64,000 bases of DNA from Candidatus Bathyarchaeota archaeon. Lineage in GTDB: Archaea; Thermoproteota; Bathyarchaeia; Bathyarchaeales; Bathycorpusculaceae. Location of the stretch: assembly GCA_963780185.1 (NCBI GenBank), contig CAWABA010000006.1, positions 192,001-256,000 of the forward strand. The letters are read 5' to 3'. The notes beneath the pieces were generated by a model, which did no database searches, was not told where the DNA came from, and saw only the letters and a program-made list of their open reading frames with translations. Below, piece by piece: positions 31,297-40,476 of this stretch (within the stretch, counting starts at the first letter, position 1; each line of letters opens with the position of its first letter). The position numbers and the translations under genes were made by a program.

Positions 31297-32466
31297 GTGG
31301 GGGTTGTTGGTATCAAAAGCAAAATCAGCAGCGTAGGGTACGTCAACAAAATCCAAGAAAACATTTTGAGCATCAAGCACAGAGAGCTTGCGCCTCTTTT
31401 TAACGAGTTAAAAGCAGCTGACTGCGTAATATGCGGCGGCTCCGGTAGGTCCCTTTACTCATTGAACGCTGCGTTGAGCCAAATCGCGCTAAGCCAAGCG
31501 GGTTGGCGAAACAAGGTGGTTTTAACCCCCGATGACCCAGGTTTCCCAGGCAAAAGCATGTATGACGCCGCAGCTGACCTTGCAAGACGCTACAAAAAAA
31601 CGTTGCTTCTCATAAACAGCGGCAGCGGCTACTCAGACGACCCCTTAGTGATGGCGCAGGATTTAGCCCAATACATAGAGGAGAAGAAAACAAACAGGTT
31701 CTCCATGGGGCTCTTCACCTCTGCACCTGAATCGCCGCTGGGAGAAATAGTCAGCAAATACGGCAACATTGTTGAGCTTAAGGGACGCGGAAAATCAAAG
31801 CCCGGCACCGAATATAGCGAGACAGGCATGATGGGCGACATATTCGAGTTGGGCACGCTTGAACTTTTGAACAGCATGGTTGAAGCAGTCTTTCGAAACC
31901 TCGAGGTTGAAGAGGTTTTCCAGCTTTGCATTGAGGAACTAGAAAGAATCGGCGACATCATAGACTCAAACATCAACTCCGAAACATACACACAGCTTGT
32001 CGATATACTTGAAAAACGAACAAACGTTTTCCTCGGAGGAAAAGGCACCGCCAACGAAATAGCCAAAATGACAGGCGTCAGACTATTCCACATCAAAAGC
32101 TTCCTAGGCGACAACGTCTACATCACCCGAGGCGTCAATACTCCGCATCCAAGGGCAGGCGACCTTGAAATCCTAATTTCTTATTCAGGCGAAACAAGAC
32201 CAGTAATCATCTGGGCTGACGTCATCAAAAAATTTGCTGGAACAGTCTTCGCAATAACCAGCGCCAAAGACTCAACATTGGCAAAGAAGGCGGACCTGAA
32301 GCTTGTCCTGCCTGAAGAAACCAAGCCGCTAACGCCCAGACGCTTCTACACGAGGGCAGCATTCGCATTAAGCCCAGTGCCAGTTAAGCTTGCTGAACGG
32401 CTCGGTCAAAGAGGATTAAACCTGCCAGAATACATCATAAGCTGGTACCACTCCGTAACCCAATAA
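31297..32466 (+). CDS. Tandem SIS-domain sugar-phosphate isomerase (PHI/HxlB-like duplication)
   Basis: GGSGRS...INSGSG...MMGDIFE in first half; GGKGTA...ISYSGET...ITSAKDSTLAKKAD in second half. Confidence 0.8.
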   Translation: MGVVGIKSKISSVGYVNKIQENILSIKHRELAPLFNELKAADCVICGGSGRSLYSLNAALSQIALSQAGWRNKVVLTPDDPGFPGKSMYDAAADLARRYKKTLLLINSGSGYSDDPLVMAQDLAQYIEEKKTNRFSMGLFTSAPESPLGEIVSKYGNIVELKGRGKSKPGTEYSETGMMGDIFELGTLELLNSMVEAVFRNLEVEEVFQLCIEELERIGDIIDSNINSETYTQLVDILEKRTNVFLGGKGTANEIAKMTGVRLFHIKSFLGDNVYITRGVNTPHPRAGDLEILISYSGETRPVIIWADVIKKFAGTVFAITSAKDSTLAKKADLKLVLPEETKPLTPRRFYTRAAFALSPVPVKLAERLGQRGLNLPEYIISWYHSVTQ

Positions 32467-32650
32467 GTTTAGTCCTTCCTTTCCTTTTGCCGAAATCATT
32501 TGCCGTGGCAGAGCGGTTGGTTATGCTTTTTGTTTTTAGTGTTTTGTGTTTTTGTGCAAGGGTACCCGATAGGTAGGCAAAGCATCTACGGAAAGCATAT
32601 ACACTTTCCATATACAGCGACCCGCCTTCTGTTGGCAATCAAAAAACGAA

Positions 32651-33751
32651 TTATGCTGACTTGCTATTTTTCTGCAGCCAGAACAGCTTATTCCTAAGCA
32701 CTAACACGACGCATGCTGTGACGGCGGCGACTATGGCGGCTATGATGGCGCTCTCTACAACGATGCCTCTTGGATTTGACGAAGCCTTTGAGGCGGCGGC
32801 GATCGGGTTCGAGGTAGTTGAGGTGTCTGCAGAGTTGGTGATAGCGACGGGTGTCATGAGTGGATAGCGGTCAACGGCTGTTGGGTTGGTTCGGATTAGG
32901 TAGGGTGTGTCGCCGATGCTTGAGTTGCCGACGGGGGCGGTGCTGGGGTATTTTGCGGCGTAGTTGCTCCAGTAGTTGCCTACTGAGCCGTTGTCCCATT
33001 GAGGAAGCGGTGCTTGGTCGACGGGTCCCAGCTGATCCGAATTGGTTGAAACGATGGTTGTGTCTGAGTTAATTATGAAGTTGTTATCGTAGATTAGGTA
33101 GCTGAAGTCGTAGTAGGTGCCGATGGTGAGGCAAATTCTGTTGCCTGTGAAGTTGTTCTCAGTTACGGTGGTTTTCAGAGTGGGAAAAATCACTATGCCG
33201 CCGTAGTTGTCGGCAATCTGGTTCTGCGCGACAAGGGCGCCGCTGCCTTTTATGTAGACCCCGTAGATGCTATTTGACAAAAAGTTGCCGCAAACGACAT
33301 AGCTGTTACCGTAAATTGCGACGGCGTCTTCGGTTCTGCTGATATTGTTGTCCAAAACGGTGTTGCCATCGTAGGCGCCAGCGACCCCTGTTTCCCAACC
33401 TGAGATGTAAAAGTCACGGACAGTAACGTTGCTGCATGTCAGGTCTATCGCCGCGGTATTTTCTGCTCCTCCGACTCCCGGTGTTCCCCAGCCGCCTGCA
33501 CCCTGAAGCGCAAACCCTTCGCCGTCAAAAACAATGTTGCTACACAGCACAGTAATGGGTGAATCGTAGATGTTTCCTGTAAGGCTGTAAATGTTGCCTT
33601 GCCGCTGGATCAGGCTGGTTCCCGAAACTGAGCCGTCCGCGTTAATGACTATGGCTCCAGCGGACTGCGCCTTAACGCCGAAGCTGACCAAGTTTAGACT
33701 GGCCAGACAAATGAAAACACAAATTATCATCAGTTTCCCTTTTGTTTTCAT
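32651..33751 (-). CDS. NosD/CASH right-handed beta-helix surface protein with C-terminal TM
   Basis: IVINADGSV, WDNGSVGNYWSNY, IGDTPY, DRYPLM motifs; signal peptide and TM tail. Confidence 0.85.
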   Translation of the reverse strand: MKTKGKLMIICVFICLASLNLVSFGVKAQSAGAIVINADGSVSGTSLIQRQGNIYSLTGNIYDSPITVLCSNIVFDGEGFALQGAGGWGTPGVGGAENTAAIDLTCSNVTVRDFYISGWETGVAGAYDGNTVLDNNISRTEDAVAIYGNSYVVCGNFLSNSIYGVYIKGSGALVAQNQIADNYGGIVIFPTLKTTVTENNFTGNRICLTIGTYYDFSYLIYDNNFIINSDTTIVSTNSDQLGPVDQAPLPQWDNGSVGNYWSNYAAKYPSTAPVGNSSIGDTPYLIRTNPTAVDRYPLMTPVAITNSADTSTTSNPIAAASKASSNPRGIVVESAIIAAIVAAVTACVVLVLRNKLFWLQKNSKSA

Positions 33752-33859
33752 CGTTGATTCATCACTTGTATGTCTGAGAAAGCATCAAACAGTCTAATAG
33801 CTCTCCCATAGGAACAGACTGTTCTTTGAGCGGAACAGGCAAAAACTCTGGGCGGGCCT

Positions 33860-35290
33860 CTACTGGCTTTTCAGCCAGAACGGTTTGCCCACAAGAAATT
33901 CGGTTAGGAAAACCGCGAAATCGCTGTTCTCAGAGTACACCCCGCCAATTTCTTCGTTAACCGCAACTCTGAGGTTTTTGCGGATTGACTCTGCAATCAG
34001 GTCTGCGACGCCAGCGTTTTTGCCTCCCCCAGCAAGCTTATCCATCAGAAGTGTTGCGACATCGTTTGTTTTGCGCGGCAACAACACCATCCAACGTCCA
34101 TCTTCGACGAAGGGTCCTGAAATAACATGCTCGCCGCCAGTGTACTTCGCCAAAAAAGACTCACATTCGGGTTCACGTTCAAGCGGCGGACCAAGGTGCT
34201 TTTTGACGCTTGGCAAAACTTGCTGCTCCAACTCGAAGATGAAGACGCTGAGGTTTTTTTCGTTGCTCCAAACCTCGTCTTTGAGGATTTTGCAGTCGTT
34301 AAGCTCTATTAGTTTGTGAAGCGAACGTTTTGTTTTGTAAAGTTGACCCCAAAGGACATCGGGGACAGCGGGCACTTGATCAATTACCAGAAACACTGTG
34401 GATGAACCGCGGTTTTCAAACTCGCTTTTTAAGAGTTTCAGCGGCATGGCGTCGGTTTTCGGAGGGAAAAAGAAGGATCCATCGGGTTTTTGGAGGAATG
34501 CTCTGGCGGCAGCTACAAAATTGTAGAGCTTCTCGGGTTGCACCGCAGATGAGACGTTTCTTCCTTTATCGACAGGGTCAACAATCACCAAAGGCTCAGG
34601 AAAAAGCAGAGCTAACTCACGTTGCCTGCCCGCGTAGAAGCCTTCGATGTCGACTATCACCCGTTTACTATAGTGCGCAAAAGCCTCAACGGTTTTAGCG
34701 AATGCCCCGTACTTCAAGACCAACAGTTCGCACAGGTAACCGCTGAAGCCTCCGACTTTGATTTCGGCTCCGTAGACGCCTGTTCCCTGCATGAACCTTT
34801 TAAGAAGCCTAACCTCGCCGCGCAGCTCCCTCGTCAAATGCCTTTTCATGTAGTCGGTATGGTGGGGGGTGCGGTCAGTTGCACTTTGCCACTCGCCTGG
34901 CTTAGCATCATAACATGGAACAATGTCCACTCGGTAGCCTTCAACGAAAACTTCAAGGTAAGGATGCTCCGCGAAACGTTCAATCTGCTTGTAGGTGCCC
35001 GCTGCTTTTTTGGCGATTCGCAAACCTACGTCTCCCAGGTTTTTTCTCGGGATTGAGGTAGGCAGGCGCATGAAGATGTCGATGTCTGGGTTCTCTTTGA
35101 GCCACGTGTCTTTGGCAACTGAGCCTTCAACCCGCACGACAGCGGAGACACCCTCTTCTTTGCAAGCCGACGCCACTTTCTGCTCCATTTCCCGGGTTAT
35201 AGCCTCAACTTTGGCTACGTCCCTTTCCGTAGGCGTAATCTGCAAAAGAGCTTGCTTGGTTACCGCTTCGATTTCAAGCATGACGGTCAT
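33860..35290 (-). CDS. cca: CCA-adding tRNA nucleotidyltransferase (archaeal class I)
   Basis: GSVAKDTWL...DIDIF, AEHPY, SATDRTPHH, GFSGYLCELL, DPVDKGRNV; ATG 35290 overlaps thpR stop. Confidence 0.97.
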   Translation of the reverse strand: MTVMLEIEAVTKQALLQITPTERDVAKVEAITREMEQKVASACKEEGVSAVVRVEGSVAKDTWLKENPDIDIFMRLPTSIPRKNLGDVGLRIAKKAAGTYKQIERFAEHPYLEVFVEGYRVDIVPCYDAKPGEWQSATDRTPHHTDYMKRHLTRELRGEVRLLKRFMQGTGVYGAEIKVGGFSGYLCELLVLKYGAFAKTVEAFAHYSKRVIVDIEGFYAGRQRELALLFPEPLVIVDPVDKGRNVSSAVQPEKLYNFVAAARAFLQKPDGSFFFPPKTDAMPLKLLKSEFENRGSSTVFLVIDQVPAVPDVLWGQLYKTKRSLHKLIELNDCKILKDEVWSNEKNLSVFIFELEQQVLPSVKKHLGPPLEREPECESFLAKYTGGEHVISGPFVEDGRWMVLLPRKTNDVATLLMDKLAGGGKNAGVADLIAESIRKNLRVAVNEEIGGVYSENSDFAVFLTEFLVGKPFWLKSQ

Positions 35291-35865
35291 TTTTGCTCCT
35301 GCGCTGGGCAATATTCTCTAAGCGTCGAATACGTTGGACCTTCCGGCGAAAGCTGGCTCCGCTTGAGCCGAAGGCAGTCTGCCTTGATTATGCCGAACTC
35401 ATAATCAGCCCTCTTTGTCACCAGTTCAGCCAAGTTCTGCCTGTTTGCCCCAGACCTTACCCGTGCAATAGTTAAATGTGGACTAAAGCCATAAGCGTCC
35501 GCCGCAAAACCCAACGCATGGATCTGCGGTTCCAGCTGAGTGAAAATGCTTTTGAGTTGGTCCACGCCGTCGGTCATTCCTGCCCAAACAACGCGGGGGG
35601 AGTTGAGGTTGGGAAAAACGCCTAATCCGCAGAGTTTGATGATGAAGGGCGTAAACTTTACGTTTTTCATGGCTTCATAGATTTTGTCAACCATGCTTGG
35701 GCTGATGTCGCCTAAGAATCGGGTTGTTATGTGGATGTTTTGCGGCGCCACAGGTCGAAGGTCCGCTCCTGTTTCAACCAAAAGTTTCTGCGTTGCGGCG
35801 AGCCTGCTGAGCACCTGTTCGTTTTGCATGTCAAACGCAATGAAGCTTCTTATCCGCTCGGACAT
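35287..35865 (-). CDS. thpR: RNA 2',3'-cyclic phosphodiesterase (2H family)
   Basis: HIT and HLT 2H motifs, RSFIA, PRVVWAG; adjacent to cca. Confidence 0.95.
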   Translation of the reverse strand: MSERIRSFIAFDMQNEQVLSRLAATQKLLVETGADLRPVAPQNIHITTRFLGDISPSMVDKIYEAMKNVKFTPFIIKLCGLGVFPNLNSPRVVWAGMTDGVDQLKSIFTQLEPQIHALGFAADAYGFSPHLTIARVRSGANRQNLAELVTKRADYEFGIIKADCLRLKRSQLSPEGPTYSTLREYCPAQEQK

Positions 35866-35991
35866 CTATTTTCCTTCAGAATACCTTTAGCAGAACACCC
35901 TCATAAATCCTTTAAGCAAACGCTTATCTGAATTGTGGGCTTCCAGCCGCTGCTTGAGAGTAGAATGCTAAAAAAAGCTTAGTGATAGGTA

Positions 35992-36582
35992 TTACAGGGT
36001 TGCCCCGCAATGGAGGCATTGGGGTTCAGTTGACCTGTTCGCCGTCCCGCATCGGTAGCAGTTTATCGTTTCACGGTTCCTCTTTGAAATAAGCATGTTA
36101 ATAGCCGCAGCCCATTCCTTGCTTTCAATTTTCACATTATAGTTGAATCTGCGAATTCCTTCTTCAAAGCTACCTGGTTTACCCCAATAAAAGTCCGAGG
36201 CATTAGATACGTTATCGTTAAATGGAGCCAACCTGAATTGCTCCGTTTTGCCGTTGTTAAATCGGATAGCCAATAAACCTTTGGCGTTTAAAAAAGCCGC
36301 AGCCATATTCAGGATGTGCCCCGTCTCATTGCAGTAGTGAAATTCTGTCTCGGTCAACCAAGCGTTTTTGCAGCGCAGCAAAAACCCCTCTTGTTTGTCA
36401 TCCTCAGAAATATTTGGCTTGTGAGAGTAACAATCATAATTGTAGGTTTCTTGGATTTCCCATCCGCAGTTGCTGCATTTCAAGTCGGTTTTTTCAATGG
36501 ACATTCCGCAGAGTGGGCAGTAGGCAGGTCTGCTCGTGTTCGGGTTCGCTGCAGGTTCAGGCGGTGAGGTCATGTCGGGCAT
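35992..36582 (-). CDS. Hypothetical protein with N- and C-terminal zinc ribbons
   Basis: CPLCG...CSNCG and CYRCG...CLHCG. Confidence 0.7.
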   Translation of the reverse strand: MPDMTSPPEPAANPNTSRPAYCPLCGMSIEKTDLKCSNCGWEIQETYNYDCYSHKPNISEDDKQEGFLLRCKNAWLTETEFHYCNETGHILNMAAAFLNAKGLLAIRFNNGKTEQFRLAPFNDNVSNASDFYWGKPGSFEEGIRRFNYNVKIESKEWAAAINMLISKRNRETINCYRCGTANRSTEPQCLHCGATL

Positions 36583-36785
36583 CGACCATAGTTAATTCTC
36601 ACCTCTTATAAGATTTGTCACCTAAGCGGTTACACTTGGAAGTCGGTTCCGAGTTACAAGCTGAAGTTAAAAGGGCACAAGCTTTTCAGAGCGCTGAAGT
36701 AGCCACCGAAGAAGCGGATACTTTCTCCGAGTTTCAGATACTCTTTAATGGAAGTTACCGACATAGAAGCAAAAAAGGGTACGCT

Positions 36786-37355
36786 ATGAACGCTGACAAA
36801 ATAGTTGTAGGTTTAGCTGGGATGCCTGGGTCAGGCAAATCCTTGGTTGTTGAGGCGGCACGCGAATTAGGCTACGCCATCGTGGTTATGGGTGACGTGG
36901 TCAGGGAAGAAACAGCCAAACGGGGATTGGATTTGACGCCGCACAACGTAGGCAAAGTTATGCTTGAACTGCGCGCGGAAGGCGGAAACATCGTGGTCGC
37001 GTCGAAGTGTATCCCCAAAATTGAGGAACAAGCAGGCGTCAAGGTTCTGGTCGATGGGTTGCGAAGCCTCTACGAGGTCGATGCGTTCAAGCAGCATTTT
37101 GCAAAATTCACCGTTTTAGCTGTGCATGCTTCCCCAGAAGCAAGATTTACCCGTTTGTCTAGCCGCCGCCGAAGCGACGACCCCGACGGGTACGAAGTGT
37201 TTCATGAACGTGACATGCGTGAGTTAGGCGTCGGGTTAGGTAACGTTATAGCGATGGCTGAGCAGTTGATAGTTAACGATAATAGCGCTGAACAGGTGAA
37301 GGATAAAGTGAAGGACGCGTTGGGAAGGATTGAGGCGAAATGGACGACCAAGTAG
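36786..37355 (+). CDS. Dephospho-CoA kinase-like P-loop kinase (UPF0200)
   Basis: GMPGSGKS, MGDVVRE, DGLRS, RDMRELGVG; start ATG 36786. Confidence 0.88.
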   Translation: MNADKIVVGLAGMPGSGKSLVVEAARELGYAIVVMGDVVREETAKRGLDLTPHNVGKVMLELRAEGGNIVVASKCIPKIEEQAGVKVLVDGLRSLYEVDAFKQHFAKFTVLAVHASPEARFTRLSSRRRSDDPDGYEVFHERDMRELGVGLGNVIAMAEQLIVNDNSAEQVKDKVKDALGRIEAKWTTK

Positions 37356-37750
37356 TAGTTCACGCGGAAGCGGAAATTAACCCGACGGAAACCGAGGAAA
37401 AAGTCAAAGCGGCAGTCCTCAACGTACTAGACGGCAATGTAACCTTCGCAGTAAAGCCTGACCTCAAAGGAAGCGTTTTGGCGGCTGAAACATCTGGGCA
37501 GGATTCCCTTTTCAAATTTCGTAATATGCTCAGAAACGACAGGATTCGCGATGCCGCCAGAAAAGCCCTGTTTCACAGCATAAGAGGAAACACAATCAGC
37601 TTTTGCATAAACAAGCAGGTCGCTTTTGCGGGGCACATTTCTTTTTCGGAGGAAACAGCAGAATCCCCCTTAGGCCCCATACGCATAACCATAACAAGCG
37701 AAAGTCCACAGCAGCTTGTCGAGTGGTTGGCTGAAAAAACAGTTAGGTAA
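37340..37750 (+). CDS. RNA-binding DUF54/UPF0201 protein
   Basis: PTETEEKVKAA, RIRDAAR, NKQVAFAG, SPLGPI. Confidence 0.88.
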   Translation: MDDQVVVHAEAEINPTETEEKVKAAVLNVLDGNVTFAVKPDLKGSVLAAETSGQDSLFKFRNMLRNDRIRDAARKALFHSIRGNTISFCINKQVAFAGHISFSEETAESPLGPIRITITSESPQQLVEWLAEKTVR

Positions 37751-37761
37751 GGACACAAGGG

Positions 37762-38778
37762 ATGGCTGAAAGGGCGCAGGTTGCGAAAAACGGTGCAGTT
37801 CTGCTGGGAAGCAGCGTCGCGTGTGACGCGTTCGATGACAGTCGACCCCTGCGGATTGTAACCCACGCCCACGCTGACCATCTTGGCGGCTTGCGTAAAA
37901 GCATCAAATGCTGCCAGAAAGTTGTGATGACAAGCGCCACAAGGGACCTAGCCGAGAAACTCGACGGTACCCTCAAGCTTAGGCGCGCCCCGATTGAAAC
38001 GTTAGAGTACGGCGAACCGATGATGTTCGGCGACGAACGCATTACCCTCCATAAAGCTGACCATATTTTGGGTGCTGCTCAGGTGCTGGTTGAGGATGCT
38101 GGCGGGATACGGATTGTCTACAGCGGCGACTTCCGCATAGATGACACCCCAGTTGTGGAATGCGACGTGCTTGTGGTTGAGGCAACATACGGAAGCCCTT
38201 CTTGCAGACGCAAATTCAACGTGGATGTTCGCGAGCTTTTTGTGTCGATGGTTGAGAAGCGTCTTCGCGGCGGCGCCGTTTACGTTTTCGGGTACCACGG
38301 GAAACTTCAGGAAGCCATGCAGCTTCTAAGAGACGCCGACGTTTCAGTGCCCTTCGTTATGCCTGAGCGTGTCCATGAAATTGCCCAGGTCTGCAAGCAT
38401 CATGGCATGCGTCTCGGCGACATGTCGCTTTCAACGGAAGTTGACGGACGACAACTTTTGGAGGGCAATCTTCCATGCGTCGCCTTCTACCACATGAACG
38501 CCCGCGGCTACGTCGGTCTACCCAACGCACGCATCTGCCTCAGCGGCTGGGAATTCAATTCAGCATGCAAACAAATCGGTGAAAGAGAATATTTGGTGGC
38601 TTTAAGCGACCACTCAGACTTCGACGGCTTACTCGAGTATGTGAAGCGTTCAAAGGCAAAACAAGTCATCACAGACAACTATCGAAGCCACGGCGCCGTT
38701 TTAGCTAAGGAAATCCGCAAAAGATTAGGCGTCTCCGCGTTCCCTATGCCAAGAACCCCTGGGCAAACCACGTTGTAA
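37762..38778 (+). CDS. MBL-fold nuclease (beta-CASP/exonuclease-like)
   Basis: THAHADH, HILGA, YSGDF, EATYG, LSDHSDF. Confidence 0.88.
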   Translation: MAERAQVAKNGAVLLGSSVACDAFDDSRPLRIVTHAHADHLGGLRKSIKCCQKVVMTSATRDLAEKLDGTLKLRRAPIETLEYGEPMMFGDERITLHKADHILGAAQVLVEDAGGIRIVYSGDFRIDDTPVVECDVLVVEATYGSPSCRRKFNVDVRELFVSMVEKRLRGGAVYVFGYHGKLQEAMQLLRDADVSVPFVMPERVHEIAQVCKHHGMRLGDMSLSTEVDGRQLLEGNLPCVAFYHMNARGYVGLPNARICLSGWEFNSACKQIGEREYLVALSDHSDFDGLLEYVKRSKAKQVITDNYRSHGAVLAKEIRKRLGVSAFPMPRTPGQTTL

Positions 38779-38864
38779 GCAGACATTTTTGGTTGATTTT
38801 GGTTAAGCTTAAATGTGCAAAATGAAACTACTCTTTCAACCTACCCTAAGCAAAGGAATGGAAA

Positions 38865-40133
38865 ATGACTAAAACATCTGTAATCTCAGGATTCTACAAG
38901 CTTCCGCTCAAGGAGCGTTTAGCAATCGTTAAAGATTTTGCAGGTTTAACCGACGAAGAAATCGCGCTGCTTGAAAACACGGGCGCAGTAGCCTTCGACA
39001 CGGTTAACCACATGGTGGAAAACGTAATCGGCGTGTTCCCTGAACCGTTGGGGCTCGCAGTCAACTTTCAAATTAACGGTAAAGACTACCTTATTCCGAT
39101 GGCGACTGAAGAGCCAAGTGTTATTGCTGCTGCCTGCTATGCCGCAAAAATGGTCCGTGATGGAGGAGGCTTCCACACAAGCAGCACCGCTCCAATCATG
39201 ATTGGGCAAGTTCAAGTTGTCCGCCTAAAAGATGCTGAACAGGCAAAAAAACACGTTTTAGACGCTAAGGCGGAGATTCTTAAAAAAGCCAATGATCAGG
39301 ACCCAGTGCTGAACTCTTTCGGTGGCGGAGCCAAAGACTTAGACGCAAAAATCATCGAAACAACCATGGGACAGATGCTGATCGTCGAGTTCTACGTTGA
39401 CTGCCGCGACGCAATGGGCGGAAACGCCGTTAACACCATGGCTGAAGCAATAGCGCCCCAAATTGAACAGCTAACTGGCGGTCACGTTTACCTTCGCATC
39501 ATCTCTAACCTTGCCACTAGACGAATGGCGAAGGCTTGGTGCACCATACCCAAAGAAGCTTTGGGCGGAGAAGCGGTTGTTGACGGTATTGCTTACGCTT
39601 CGGCTTTCGCCGCTGCTGACCCGTACCGTGCAGCGACACATAACAAAGGCGCAATGAACGGCATCATCGCAGTTGTCCTCGCAACAGGCAACGACCACCG
39701 CGCCATCGAAGCTGGAGCACACGCCTACGCCGCGTTGAAGGGACCTTACACAAGCATCTCAAAATGGACAAAAAACGTGGACGGCAACTTGGAAGGCGTC
39801 ATCGAATTGCCGATGGCTGTAGGATTAATCGGCGGCGCCGTTAAAACTCACCCCGTGGCGCGAGTTGCCATGAAAATCCTCGGAGTTAAGACGGCCAACG
39901 AGTTCGCGGAAGTCTTGGCTGCGGTTGGCTTAGCCCAAAATCTTGGTGCCCTTCGAGCGTTGTCAAATGAAGGCATCCAGAGGGGTCACATGTCACTTCA
40001 TGCGAGGAACATCGCGATTACTGCTGGTGCAAAAGCTGAAATGGTGGATTTAGTGGCTGAACGGATGGTGAAGGAACGCAAAGTTCGAGTCGACAGAGCA
40101 AAAGAAATCATGGAAGAACTTGGAAAGAAATAG
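38865..40133 (+). CDS. hmgA: HMG-CoA reductase, class II
   Basis: ENVIG, MATEEPSVIAA, DAMGGNAVN, ATHNKG, GNDHRA, EGIQRGHMSLH. Confidence 0.96.
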   Translation: MTKTSVISGFYKLPLKERLAIVKDFAGLTDEEIALLENTGAVAFDTVNHMVENVIGVFPEPLGLAVNFQINGKDYLIPMATEEPSVIAAACYAAKMVRDGGGFHTSSTAPIMIGQVQVVRLKDAEQAKKHVLDAKAEILKKANDQDPVLNSFGGGAKDLDAKIIETTMGQMLIVEFYVDCRDAMGGNAVNTMAEAIAPQIEQLTGGHVYLRIISNLATRRMAKAWCTIPKEALGGEAVVDGIAYASAFAAADPYRAATHNKGAMNGIIAVVLATGNDHRAIEAGAHAYAALKGPYTSISKWTKNVDGNLEGVIELPMAVGLIGGAVKTHPVARVAMKILGVKTANEFAEVLAAVGLAQNLGALRALSNEGIQRGHMSLHARNIAITAGAKAEMVDLVAERMVKERKVRVDRAKEIMEELGKK

Positions 40134-40476
40134 CAGCCGTTTTCTTTCTTTTTTTATTTTTAATTCTAAGCAAGTGAAAACTTTAAACCGACTTTGCGCT
40201 TTTTCTGTGGCTCGCTTAACTCATTTCAATTTGCGCTCGGCCCGCATTTTGCTGGATAACGGAAGCCAGAATTTGAAAAGAATGTTCTAGGAGAAAACAA
40301 CCCGTTAAGAAAACTATCGTTGGACGCAAACTTTTATGACCCTACCTTGCAGTGAAAACTTAGGTTCCTTGATAATTCAACCGCAGATGCTAAAAAACAG
40401 GCTTTATTATTTTTTTGAAAAAATTCCTCGAGTTCGACAAAAAAAAGAAAAAGGAGATGTTGTTTTTTGTTCGGTT

